A stretch of 64,000 bases of DNA from a virus (lineage: Duplodnaviria; Caudoviricetes). The position numbers were made by a program, and so were the translations under genes. Under the pieces are notes generated by a model, which was not told the DNA's origin, searched no databases, and saw only the letters and a list, made by a program, of their open reading frames with translations. Where the stretch lies: positions 224,001 to 288,000 of IMG/VR virus record IMGVR_UViG_3300021255_002539. One strand, 5' to 3'. Of the stretch, positions 29,581-39,760 are shown piece by piece (the stretch's first letter is position 1; each line of letters begins with the position of its first letter).

Positions 29581-30411
29581 TCAATGTGTCCCAGACGATC
29601 CAAACCCACCACCCCTGTCTGTGGACTTGCCCATGTCGTCGTAGACGCAGTTCAAGATTTCGTTCAACTCCAAGTTGATGACAGGCACAATCAACCCTTG
29701 GGTTATCTTCATGCCAGGCTCAATGCACACAGGTGTCGTTCCATGGTTGAAGAAGCAGAATATGAGTTCGTCCCTATATTCAGAATCAATCAGGCATGCA
29801 GAGTGGTCAAGTTTCAGTTTCGTGGCAACCCCAGACTTGTTTACCATCATCATAGCCAGACCAGGAGGTATGATGGTCTTGATTCCAGATGGGATTGCGA
29901 CATGGGCGTTTGGTTGCACGATTATGGTATTGTCCACCACCACGGCACTGGGGGTCTGGTCAGGGTTGTGGGAGAAGTTCTCCACCTTCGCCTTGAAGTC
30001 CTCGTCCCATGCTTTTCTTTCAGGAACAAAGAAGTCGATGCCAGCGTCCGTTGGATGTGCCTTGGTTGGGGTCTTGACTTCCCGTATTCTGGTGAACAGG
30101 AGTTTTCCATCGAACTGCCTGTTGTGGTCGTGTTCAAGTTCCTCGGCTAGTTCATGCGACACCTGGTGGCTGTTTTGCTCGACCAATTTCCTCAGACCAT
30201 CCACAACATCAGAATCTGGGAACTCGACCTTTGGTCTTGGGGGTGGGTTTGCGGCCCTCTCCATCTCTGCCTTGATGTTCTCCTGCGTCTTCTGGCGGAT
30301 TCCAGCCATTATCCTGTCTATGGCATCCTTTGTGGTGGACTCATCCTCTGCAACTACTGACAGGTTGTTGATGAGGTCGACTATTGTCTTCTCGCGTTCG
30401 TTCAGTTCCAT
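29581..30411 (-). CDS. dut: trimeric dUTPase with N-terminal extension
   Basis: DAGIDF, NKSGVA, LIDSEYRDE, ITQG, RGGGFGSSG motifs. Confidence 0.93.
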   Translation of the reverse strand: MELNEREKTIVDLINNLSVVAEDESTTKDAIDRIMAGIRQKTQENIKAEMERAANPPPRPKVEFPDSDVVDGLRKLVEQNSHQVSHELAEELEHDHNRQFDGKLLFTRIREVKTPTKAHPTDAGIDFFVPERKAWDEDFKAKVENFSHNPDQTPSAVVVDNTIIVQPNAHVAIPSGIKTIIPPGLAMMMVNKSGVATKLKLDHSACLIDSEYRDELIFCFFNHGTTPVCIEPGMKITQGLIVPVINLELNEILNCVYDDMGKSTDRGGGFGSSGTH

Positions 30412-30773
30412 GAATTTACATCTCTCTTTCTTTGGTTGAATGGATTGTATGGATTGGCTGTGTCGGGTTTCTTTGGTTGGTTTGTTTCCGTCAGGGAGTT
30501 CTTGAACAACTGCTTCTTGAGCTCATCTGTGAACAATGTGGTTATGTTGACCCCACTTTGGTAGAACACCTCTATGAACTTGCATGATTGTCCATCTGTT
30601 TGGTTGTCTTCGTCGTCTATTGGCCCCTTCAACAGAATCCCAGTGAATGTCCTTGCTGCCATTGCCTTGTCTGGGTCGATTCCCATTGTCTCGGTTTCCT
30701 CAATCCAAAACTGCCTTGGGTTTCCTGGAACCACCGAGACAATTTCGTTGAGGCATGTTATTGGCGTGAGCAT
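30402..30773 (-). CDS. hypothetical protein
   Basis: 123-aa ORF after TCGTATAAT at 30801-30809. Confidence 0.7.
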   Translation of the reverse strand: MLTPITCLNEIVSVVPGNPRQFWIEETETMGIDPDKAMAARTFTGILLKGPIDDEDNQTDGQSCKFIEVFYQSGVNITTLFTDELKKQLFKNSLTETNQPKKPDTANPYNPFNQRKRDVNSWN

Positions 30774-30811
30774 GTGTGTATATCCTTTCCCCTTTGTTCA
30801 ATTATACGAAC

Positions 30812-30850
30812 AAAAGAAGACCACCAAGTTGAATTGGTGGTTCTTTTCTT
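30812..30850. terminator. intrinsic terminator
   Basis: ACCACCAA-loop-TTGGTGGT flanked by A- and T-runs. Confidence 0.7.
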
Positions 30851-30869
30851 TGTTGCTTGTATTATATTG

Positions 30870-31862
30870 TTATTGCTTATTCACTATTGTCCAGCCAGAT
30901 GGAATGTTGCTAGTGCCAGTAGTCTTTGGCAATGCGCTTGGGCAAGTGAATGTCTTTGTTCCCGTTGCTTGAGTTCCTGCGCCATAGACCCAGTTCGTTG
31001 TCGCCTCAGATGGGTTCCAAGCTGTGAAGTTGACATCTATAGCCGAGAGCTTGCTACAGTTGTAGAACATGTTCTGGTAGCAGTAGTAGACAAGTGTCGT
31101 TGCTGGCAAAGTAGGAGCGGTCGTCAAGGAAGAGCAACCGTAGAACATGTAGTAGTAGCAACCGGCAGCGAGAGTCGTCGCTGGCAATGTCTCTGGAGCT
31201 GTAGTCAAGGACGAGCACTCGTAGAACATGCTGTAGTAGCAACCTTCGGCAAGTGTTGTTGCGGGTAGTTCGGGGGCAGTAGTCAAGGATGAGCAACCGT
31301 AGAACATGTTGGAGTAGCAGTCGTTGGCAAGTGTCATCGCAGGAAGTGCAGGGGCAGATGTCAAGGATGAACACCCCAAGAACATGTAGCCGTAGCAACC
31401 ACCTTCGAGTGTAGTAGCTGGCAATGTCGGAGCAGTCGTCAAGGATGCGCATTCCTAGAACATGCTGTAGTAGCAATAGGTCTTTCCAGATATGTCCAAT
31501 CTCGATCCATCTGCCTTCATCAAGGTCTGGATGTTTCCACTTGCGGCTATCCTCTTTCCTGTAGTAGTTGCAAACTAGTAGTAATTACTGCTGTTTGTGT
31601 AGAACGAAATGTCGTTCTCTTCAGCAGCTCTGAAATACACCTTGTCACCAACATTGGCAAGCGTTATTGTTGTATTGAATTCATATGGTGTCCAATTCTG
31701 TCCATCAGTAGAAGTCACAATATTTGCCGCAGCTGGACTGCCGACTTTGTTGAATGCTATAGTAGCACCGGCATCTTCTGCAGTGAAGCAAAGTGGTTCG
31801 TCCAGTTTTGGTCCGGTTGTTATTACAATGCTGTTAGCAGTTATCTTGCTTACATGAATCAT
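30870..31862 (-). CDS. LRR-type repeat protein (TAPELPATTL repeats; 2 in-frame TAG)
   Basis: YY*FATTTGKRIAASGNI and SMF*ECASL join ORFs 31575-31862 and 30870-31442; about six CYxxMFxGCSSLTTAPxLPATTL units. Confidence 0.85.
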
Positions 31863-31876
31863 GTCGGTTTACCTCG

Positions 31877-32509
31877 TTATTTGCACTTTCTAGTCTGCTC
31901 CATCTACTGCTTGTGCATTTCGTTCATGCAGAACTGGAAGCTCCTGGGCGTCATGTCCATCCACGGCATCATGCTCCCTACATTCAGCGAGTTCAATGGG
32001 TAGTTCTCGTTCTATGACTTGTACAATGCCTCCTGACACAACTTGAAGGAATCGTACTCCCACGAATTGTGGACATGCCCATAGAACATCGGGTTGCCCT
32101 TGTACCGTCCATTCCAAGTATAGAAGGGATAATGGGTCAAAACCAACCGAACTCCATCACCAATGTTCTGTTCCTTGTAGTTCTTGATCTCCACGAACTG
32201 GTCCCGAAATGCGTTGTCGTGCAGGAACTGGTAGTCGTGGTTGCCCAATATTAAGTGCTTCTGACCCTTCAAGTTCTTCAACAACCCAATAGTCGTCTTT
32301 GTGTCGTAGCAGGAGATGTCGCCCAGGATGAACACATGGTCGTCGTCCTTCACCACGGCATTCCAATTCTTGCTCAATCTGTTGTCGTAGTCCCTGGGAC
32401 CATTCAGCTTGTAGTGGGAGAAGGTCATCTGGTACTGTGTCCGACGAATTGGGTTGGTGTCAGTCTAGTAGCCAAAGTGGATGTCCGATATGTAGAAGCA
32501 GTTTGTCAC
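31877..32509 (-). CDS. calcineurin-like metallophosphoesterase (3 in-frame TAG)
   Basis: SDIHFG lies before TAG 32465, GD/GNHD/GHVH between TAGs, and NVGSMMPWMDMTP after TAG 32012; GTGA overlap with the upstream gene. Confidence 0.9.
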
Positions 32510-33141
32510 AGTTGCGTTTCCTTTCTTCCTTGTATTGTATTTACATTCTTGGCGTTTTTCTCGAACACAACCTCGAACCATGGGTTTTCGTACAGGGACT
32601 TCGCCAGATAGCACTTCCGCTTCACCAACCCCAGGAACTTCTTCACCTCAAATGTCTGTATGTCCGCAATTGGGTAGCAATTCGCCACCAACTCGAAGCA
32701 ATAGAGCTTGCCCTGGTCGGACTTGTAGTCGAAGTCATAGGGTACGCCAATCTACTCCATCACGTGCGACAATGCGGTGGTCTGACCTCCATTTGGGTGC
32801 AGAACCATTATGCGGTCCGCCTGGCAAAAGTCCAATATGTGGGTTTCCTGAACATATGGTGCGACGGCATGGACAACCAGGTTGTTTCCAATGTAGAGCC
32901 CAGCATGGGAATACCCCCTGTTGTCTGGGATGAACTTGCCATCCAGGTACTTGTCGTAGCCCCGCAGGAGAATGTCCCCAGGTCTGACGAGGTTCATTAT
33001 CCTCTCCAAGTCGTATCCAGTCACATAGTAGGGTTCAGGATCATATGCCAATATGGGGAAGAAGCTGAAGGACAGAACCTTGATCTTCCCAAACTATGTC
33101 AGGAACTATGACCAAATCTTGTATAGAAACTGCTTTACCAT
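32506..33141 (-). CDS. permuted papain-like NlpC/P60 (YiiX/YebB-like) enzyme (3 in-frame TAG)
   Basis: PGDILL and YSHAGLY (His) precede TAG 32752; GVPYDF...LYCFELV (Cys) follows it. Confidence 0.88.
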
Positions 33142-33149
33142 GATGATAC

Positions 33150-33156
33150 TATTTAC
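33150..33156 (-). promoter_or_regulatory. putative late promoter GTAAATA
   Basis: 8 nt upstream of ATG 33141, no SD. Confidence 0.65.
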
Positions 33157-33180
33157 CATTTCTGTGGCAAATAGGCATCA

Positions 33181-33396
33181 TCAGTTGCTGCCCTTGTCTA
33201 CGATGTAGTAGCAAATGTAGATCAACCCCAGAAGGAAAAGAACCACGACAACAGGAATCCAGAGAGGCGCTGTCACCCACCACCAGGACCAGTCAATTAC
33301 ATGCGCGAGCTTCAATCCCAGGAACAGAAGGAACAGCGCCTGCATGAAGCCAATTCCAATTCCCCCAACCTTGTTTCCATTGTCGTCGTTTTTCAT
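33181..33396 (-). CDS. small membrane protein (LKLxxxIDWSWWWVxAPLWIP family)
   Basis: Two hydrophobic segments with a characteristic Trp-rich motif common in phages. Confidence 0.75.
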   Translation of the reverse strand: MKNDDNGNKVGGIGIGFMQALFLLFLGLKLAHVIDWSWWWVTAPLWIPVVVVLFLLGLIYICYYIVDKGSN

Positions 33397-33420
33397 GGTT
33401 TTACATATCTCCTTGTTTTT

Positions 33421-33810
33421 TCAATACACCAGCATAGGCAAAACTTCTTCGGTTGAGATTGTCCCATCCCAATATGCCTTTAGCGCATCCTTGTTGCGAA
33501 TGACGAAATTGACGAAGTACTCAATTTCCCTCGGAGTGAGTACATCACCAGTGTCGCCAACGATCTGTGGGGTATCGGAAATCGTCATGCTGAATGTTTC
33601 CCCACTTTGGAACGAATCTCCCTTGTTTTTCTGTATCTTGATCCTTGGACCGTGTTTTGCGTTCTTTGCAGAAATCCAAATGTTGGCTGGAAGCTCCTTG
33701 TGCAGACGCTTGGCGATGTTTGCCATTTCCCAAAAAAGCTCCTTGTCGGTATCGTTGTCGATATCAACATCCAATGGAATCCATTTCCCCTTGTTGCCAT
33801 CAATCGTCAT
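33421..33810 (-). CDS. hypothetical protein, paralogue of 53202-53648
   Basis: EMAN...LPxNIWI...H...KxQ...NFVxxNKxAL shared motif. Confidence 0.75.
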   Translation of the reverse strand: MTIDGNKGKWIPLDVDIDNDTDKELFWEMANIAKRLHKELPANIWISAKNAKHGPRIKIQKNKGDSFQSGETFSMTISDTPQIVGDTGDVLTPREIEYFVNFVIRNKDALKAYWDGTISTEEVLPMLVY

Positions 33811-33986
33811 GGTGATGTGCCCTTTTTCAACTTCAACTATATTATACCATATTTGGGGGTTACTGTAAAGGGGGTTGGTGTATATTGAAAAGGTTGGGAC
33901 TGTAAAGCCCCAACCGGAGGTAAAACAACTATGGAATTACACGTCGTTGTTTTGGAAATCGTATATATCAAAGTCCCTTGATGTTA

Positions 33987-34964
33987 TCAAAGACCCTTGA
34001 TATACTCAATCCACTGCTCGAATGTCTGCTTCTCCATCTCCATGCCAGCACCAATCTTGCCAGCACGGACCTGGTTCGAGACCACCAACTTCATGGCGTT
34101 GTCGAGCTTGTCGAACCTTTCGTGGAAGGTGTTGTAGAACTCGCGGAACCGCTTCTCGGTGTTGATTCGATACTCCTGGTTGTCCTGCTTGAGCCAGGCT
34201 TCCGTGTTCATGAGGTAGTAGGTGTCGAACATCTGGGTGCAAATGAGCATGTTGGCGTTCTGCTCCCTGCCCCGTTCAAGCAACTGCCCCACCAACGCCG
34301 TCACCGAGTCGATGTAGTTGTTGTAGGTCTTCTGCATGTAGAGGGGGTCGTGACGGCAAACAGATTCGTCGCGCCACTTCCAGAGGTAGATTGGAACATC
34401 ACTGTACTTGATGGTGTTTGGATCGTCGGCCAATGTAGTCGCCATGAAGTTGAAGTAGGAATCCTCGTGGACAGTGAGCTTGTCGTTGAACCTGATGTTC
34501 TTGTCAATCAAGTACTGGCGTTTGTGGAACTTGCCATGAACAAATGTCCTGTCTTGCTTGTGCTCTGTGAACCAGACCTTGCCATCCCTGTGAACTTCCT
34601 CGTAGAACTTCGTGGTGAGGGAGTTGAAGCCCTTGTCCATCTCGGCGAAGATGATGTTCAACCCCACCATGGAGAAGAACATGTCGTCGGCGTCGCAGAA
34701 CATCACATAGTCTGCTGTGGCGTGGTCAAGACAAGCATTCCGAGTGGCGGAGACACCCCGATGCTCCTCCATGTAGTAGTCGATCTTGAAGGGGTACGCC
34801 TTGAAGAACTTCTCGGGTATCTTGGTCTTTGGGTAGCCGTCGTTCACGATGACCACGCCAACTTCCTTGAAGTTAATTCCCTGCTGAAGCGCGATTGAAT
34901 CGAGAAGGGGCTTCAGCACCTCCTTCTTCTCCTTGTATTGTGGAACCAGAATCTGCAGTTTCAT
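33987..34964 (-). CDS. glycosyltransferase family 2 (GT-A)
   Basis: ILVPQY, IVNDG, GVSATRN, YVMFCDADD, HEDSYF motifs. Confidence 0.9.
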   Translation of the reverse strand: MKLQILVPQYKEKKEVLKPLLDSIALQQGINFKEVGVVIVNDGYPKTKIPEKFFKAYPFKIDYYMEEHRGVSATRNACLDHATADYVMFCDADDMFFSMVGLNIIFAEMDKGFNSLTTKFYEEVHRDGKVWFTEHKQDRTFVHGKFHKRQYLIDKNIRFNDKLTVHEDSYFNFMATTLADDPNTIKYSDVPIYLWKWRDESVCRHDPLYMQKTYNNYIDSVTALVGQLLERGREQNANMLICTQMFDTYYLMNTEAWLKQDNQEYRINTEKRFREFYNTFHERFDKLDNAMKLVVSNQVRAGKIGAGMEMEKQTFEQWIEYIKGL

Positions 34965-35071
34965 GTTGTTTGTCCGTCCTGTTTTGATATTTGATGTATA
35001 TCCTTCTTCAATTATACGAAACCGCCCCACCCAAATTCAGGATGAGGCGATTCTCGCTTGTTGTGCATCAA

Positions 35072-36616
35072 TCAACTGATTGCTGAGCCATTTGCATCCA
35101 ACCAAACCAAGGCTGCGTCAATTGCATTTCTGACAGCCTTTTCTGTTGGAAGTGCCGTGTCTGCACCAGTAGCACCAATTGCCGTCACAACTGTCTTGTC
35201 GGCCACGGATGTTGTTCCCAGTGTCGCGTTGAGACTTGCCTTTGTTATTGTGGTCGTGAGAGAGGTCAGCTTTCCATCAGATTGGACAACCTTTACATTT
35301 ACGCCAGAAGATCCATTGCTCACTGTGGAATCAAGTGCACCAATCTTGCCAGTAACATAGTCTGCCACGGCATTTGCAGTCACAACTTTCACTGCTGTGG
35401 TGGTAATGTCAGCAGATGTTGAAACAGGATTGACATATATGTCCATAATTGGACTAGAATTGGAGTAGAGTTCCACTATACCACTGATGCCATATGCACC
35501 AGAAGCATATCCAGTTCCTGTTTTCGCCTTGCTGCTATCCAACTCGCTGACGCTCGCATCCACATATGCCTTTGTCGCATATGTGTTTTGGTCGCCAATG
35601 AGTTCCCAGTCATAAGCTTTATCGTCAAATATCCACTCCTGTCCATTGACATATGAAGAACCCGAAGAAGCACTACCAATTATGATGATGTCACCACTTT
35701 GGGGATTTTCCAAATCATATGGAGATGAGTACACGCCCTGGAAGTGCATCACATTGCCGAACGCAGTTGCGTCTACGCTTACCACCTTGACAGAACCAGA
35801 CTGGGTCGTCACGCTCACTTTGATGCCATTGCTCGTACTTGTATGCGTTTCTGATGCAATTGCGGCAATTTGTTTGTCAGCCAATTGCTCCACCGTGCTT
35901 CCACCAACAGTGAGGTTCGTGGCTGACACATTCGTGACGCTGAAGTCTGCGGTGCTCGTGACTGTGAGGTTGGTGAATGTACCAGTCTGGGCACTCACAG
36001 TGGTTGGCGTGAGGTTCGCCGCAGTAAGGGACACCGCCGTGACCTGACCATTCTTGGTCGTTACGGATGCTGTTATGCCATTCGCGGTGCTTGACTTTGT
36101 TGATTCAGCTGCCGTATATGCTGGCGCAGTGACATCAACATTCGTAACAACACCACTGGTCGTTGTAACATCAACAGTGACTCCATTGCTCGTGCCATGC
36201 TCTGTGGACGAGTCAATGGATGGAATGGATGGGAATGCCTGGGCATATGCTTTGACATTGCCATTTGCGTCCTGCTCGATATGCGTGATGTAGGAACTTC
36301 CGTAGCCAGAAGCAAGGCCGCTAGTCATCAACGAAATCATCGCCTTTACCTGGACATCGTTCTCAATCTGCACCCACGCGCTGCCATTCCAGGCCTTTGT
36401 CCATCCAAATCCAACAGCAAGATCTCCAGAGATTTGCCCAGATATACTGGCTAGATCAGTGGAGGTAGATACTTGAAATACCTTGTTCGCACCAAACCTG
36501 GATGCTCCCTTGTAGAGTTCGCCACCATCGACGAAGTACACGCCACCAGCATCCTTGGTTCCTATCGCAGAATAGGAAGCGGCGGTAGTAGAATAAAACT
36601 TAACTTGTGTTGCCAT
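35072..36616 (-). CDS. fibre/tail-associated structural protein
   Basis: Ser/Thr/Val-rich beta repeats; paralogous to 36758-38470 (QVKFYS, GGELYKG, MHFxGV, GQEWI..W..IGDQ); GTAAATA at 36666-36672. Confidence 0.7.
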   Translation of the reverse strand: MATQVKFYSTTAASYSAIGTKDAGGVYFVDGGELYKGASRFGANKVFQVSTSTDLASISGQISGDLAVGFGWTKAWNGSAWVQIENDVQVKAMISLMTSGLASGYGSSYITHIEQDANGNVKAYAQAFPSIPSIDSSTEHGTSNGVTVDVTTTSGVVTNVDVTAPAYTAAESTKSSTANGITASVTTKNGQVTAVSLTAANLTPTTVSAQTGTFTNLTVTSTADFSVTNVSATNLTVGGSTVEQLADKQIAAIASETHTSTSNGIKVSVTTQSGSVKVVSVDATAFGNVMHFQGVYSSPYDLENPQSGDIIIIGSASSGSSYVNGQEWIFDDKAYDWELIGDQNTYATKAYVDASVSELDSSKAKTGTGYASGAYGISGIVELYSNSSPIMDIYVNPVSTSADITTTAVKVVTANAVADYVTGKIGALDSTVSNGSSGVNVKVVQSDGKLTSLTTTITKASLNATLGTTSVADKTVVTAIGATGADTALPTEKAVRNAIDAALVWLDANGSAIS

Positions 36617-36695
36617 GTCGTTCTTTACCTCATATTTGCGTGATTTGCTTCAATATCACTGTGTCTATTTACAATTCTGAGGGCAAAAAGAACTA

Positions 36696-36724
36696 AACCT
36701 CCCCTTTGGGTAAAAGGGGAGGTT
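36696..36724 (-). terminator. intrinsic terminator
   Basis: AACCTCCCCTTT/AAAGGGGAGGTT 12-bp stem, T-rich tail on the minus strand. Confidence 0.8.
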
Positions 36725-36757
36725 CGAGTTGTGTGTCTAATCATCAATCAAGATAGA

Positions 36758-38470
36758 TTAGGGTTGTTGTTCTGGTTCTGGGTCGGTAATCCACTCGAAT
36801 GTCACTGCACATGAAGTGAGTACGCCATTGGTTTGAGTGACCGTGACACCCACATTGCCCGCTGTGCTCGACACTGTTGCGCTAAGACCACTAATCAAGT
36901 CAGTCACGAAGGTGTGGACTGCGGATTCCGTAGGAAGATCCGTGCCAGTAGACGACAACTAATCAACATAGCCCTTGGATGCAGCAGCTCCAAGGTTGAG
37001 GGCCGTGCCGAGTTCAGTTGGATTAACCGTGAGTTCCACAGACGGAACCATTGTGGTAGAGTTAATAGTAACTTCCACACTAACGCCATTGTCTTCAGAA
37101 GTTCCAGTTCCACCCTCATAGGCGTCAATCGCGCCAGCAACAGCATGCATTGCAGCATCAAGAGTCGTGGCCGCGGAGGTGACGGTCTCTTCACCATGTG
37201 AATAGGACAACTGGGTTGAGACATAGGAAGCAACAGCACTGCAAGTTGGGAGTGTTGCTGCATTCGCAGTCACAGCATCAGCAGCGTCCTTTGCCGCAGC
37301 CGTGCCAACGCCCGTGAGCGTCACTGAAGGAGCGGCTGTCGCTGCAGCAGTCACAACTTGAACCGTGACACCACTGAGAGTGCTTGTGCTTGTTCCACCA
37401 GTTACTGCGGACTGATCGCCAATCTTCTCCCACTTGAAGTCTCCAGATGCCTTATCGTTGTATATCCATTCCTGTCCATCGACATATTCAGAACCCTGAG
37501 CAGCACCACCAATTATGATGATGTCGCCGCCTTGGGGAGTTGGGCAATCAGCTGGAGACGCGAATACACCCCTGAAGTGCATTGCGTTGTCGAATGCATT
37601 CAAGGCATCACGGACAGCCTTTTCAGTTGCGATCTTGCCATGGGATGCGGTGTCTTTGTCTCCAAGAACTTCTGTAACAGTCTTGCCAGCGAAGGTTGCG
37701 AGGTTGCCAGTTACAGCAACGCCAACTTCGCTCACGCCACCACCAAGGGTGCTTACCGTGACCGCAACACCAGAGTTGCTTCCGGTTGCGCTTGAAGCAG
37801 CAACATTGTTCACAGAAACATTGTTAATCTTTAGGGATCCAGCATCAACCTCAGTTGCTGTGAATGTGGCCGTGCTAGTGACATTCAAGTCCGTGAAGTT
37901 ACCGGTTGTTGCCGTTACCGTGCTGTTGGAGACATCAACGATGCCCTCGATTCCCGTGACGCGATCCGAGACACCTGTGATTTTCGCGGTGTTAAAAACA
38001 ACGCTTGCAACCAAAGCATCCCAGCCATTGACCTTTGCCGCATCGTCACCCAACTTCACCTCACCAGCATTGTCGCCAGATTCAAGTGCTGGGAATGCAA
38101 CAGCGTTTGCCGTCACATTGCCATTCGAGTCCTGCGAAATGCCAGTGATGTAGCTGCCATTGCCACCAGCAACAAGACCACTGGTCATGCTGCTTACGAT
38201 AGCGCGAATGTCAGCAACATCGCCACCCAGCTTTTGCCATGCGGATCCATCGAAGACCTTTGCGCCCTCGAATCCGACATTGATGTCACCACGGGCGGCG
38301 CTTGTAAGTGCGGATAGCTCAGCTGCTGTGGACGCCTTAGTGACGCGACCCAATCCAAAGCGCTGTGAACCCTTGTAGAGTTCGCCACCCTGAATGAAAT
38401 AGACGCCATTCTCGTCCAGCTTATCACCTGTTGGTAGGCTTGCCTTGGAGTAGAATTTAACTTGTGCCAT
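36758..38470 (-). CDS. fibre/tail-associated structural protein (TAG 36959 read through)
   Basis: ORFs 36959-38470 and 36758-36958 abut in frame. The post-TAG part (LPTESAV...GVTVTQTNG) matches the paralogue's repeats. Confidence 0.75.
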
Positions 38471-38579
38471 ATTGTTTTTACCTCTTTGTTTTTGTTTTTA
38501 AGTTTTTGATCACTTCACCCGAAGCAATCCAATTTCAACTTAAATCGTCCTTTGATCTGCTTATGTATACCTCCTTTCC

Positions 38580-39032
38580 TTAGTCAGCGTCCCATTCTGG
38601 GGAGTCCTCGTCTCCAATCTCGAACCACTTCGCCAAGCCATTTGGCACTGGTTGCCCATTCTCGTCCACATCCACTCGGTACAGGAACTCCTTCTTCGTG
38701 TGAGCCAACGCCACGATGTCGTTCAGCTTTGGCGTGACCTCACCACCCCCTATTATGAGGACAGTGCCCTTTTGCGACATTTGCTCGTTCGGGTCAGTCT
38801 CTGTCTGGCCTATGTACCTCACAATCGAAGGATCAGACCAACCTTTCGTATAACATGTGCGCCGCCAATGGAAATCCACATAGATGTTCTACTCGTCCTC
38901 CACGAACATTATCTGTCCAGTGGAATATGGAGGAACGAAATCGTGCTCTGATTCCTTTGTCAGTGGAACGCCAGGATCGTTGAAACTGCCATCGTCCTTC
39001 CTCACTATCTTGAATGTGACTTTCGCACCCAT
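38580..39032 (-). CDS. short member of the same fibre-associated family (TAG 38889)
   Basis: GQIMFVEDE*NIY and KEFLY...WFEIGDE resemble motifs of the two downstream genes. Confidence 0.7.
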
Positions 39033-39035
39033 TCG

Positions 39036-39455
39036 TCAACCCTCCTCCATCACTATGTCGTCGTTGTCGTTATTTCCTCTGGTTTCGTCTTCCCATTCCA
39101 TGCCTCCGCTTCCGCCACCACCTTCCTTGACGGCGTTGCGAATCTCGTATATCCACGGAATCGCCATGTTGATGTTGGGTTGGTTGAAGAAGCACTCCAA
39201 GTCCTTGAGGACTGGGTCTTCCTCACCCCTTTTCTTTTTCTTCTGTTGCTTTGACGAATCTGGTTTCACGACGTTTTTGTAGATTTCATAGAGCCACGGA
39301 AGCACCATGTTGATGTTTGGTTGGTTCAAGAAGCATTGGAGATCCTTGATCTTTGGATCGAATCCACCGGAACCCCTGTTCTGAACCTTCTTTCCCTTCT
39401 TGCTTGATGTTGTTCCCATGACACGCACACACATGTGGTTTGTTGTTCTTCTCAA
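39036..39455 (-). CDS. hypothetical protein with an internal duplication (start uncertain: 39455/39434/39419)
   Basis: DPKIKDLQCFLNQPNINMVLPWLYEI and DPVLKDLECFFNQPNINMAIPWIYEI. Confidence 0.7.
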   Translation of the reverse strand: MRRTTNHMCVRVMGTTSSKKGKKVQNRGSGGFDPKIKDLQCFLNQPNINMVLPWLYEIYKNVVKPDSSKQQKKKKRGEEDPVLKDLECFFNQPNINMAIPWIYEIRNAVKEGGGGSGGMEWEDETRGNNDNDDIVMEEG

Positions 39456-39459
39456 GATA

Positions 39460-39491
39460 TATTTACATTTTTTATGTTGAAAAGGTAAATA
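39460..39491. promoter_or_regulatory. divergent pair of GTAAATA late promoters
   Basis: TATTTAC 39460-39466 and GTAAATA 39485-39491 between divergent genes. Confidence 0.7.
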
Positions 39492-39499
39492 CTTCTGTC

Positions 39500-39760
39500 A
39501 TGAGAAGAAGAAGGGAAACAATACAGAACATATCTTGCTTTGTAGCCGGGATGTCGGTTGCGATTATCCTGTAGTTCGCCATTCCACAGTTGTTTGCGCC
39601 ATCCAAACACAACAATCCACCAGAACCAGATGCTTTGAGCACAACCACCAATGTAGTGGATATCGTAGATATCGCATACACCAATAGACCAGCAAAACCA
39701 AATGCCGATTGGTTCAAGGACAATTCGACCTATATTTGGGAGAATTGGAAGTTGAGGTGA
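39500..39760 (+). CDS. small bitopic membrane protein (86 aa; TAG 39572; not in ORF track)
   Basis: MRRRRETIQNISCFVAGMSVAIIL*FAIPQLFAP...WKLR-TGA; its stop abuts the stop of the convergent gene. Confidence 0.65.
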
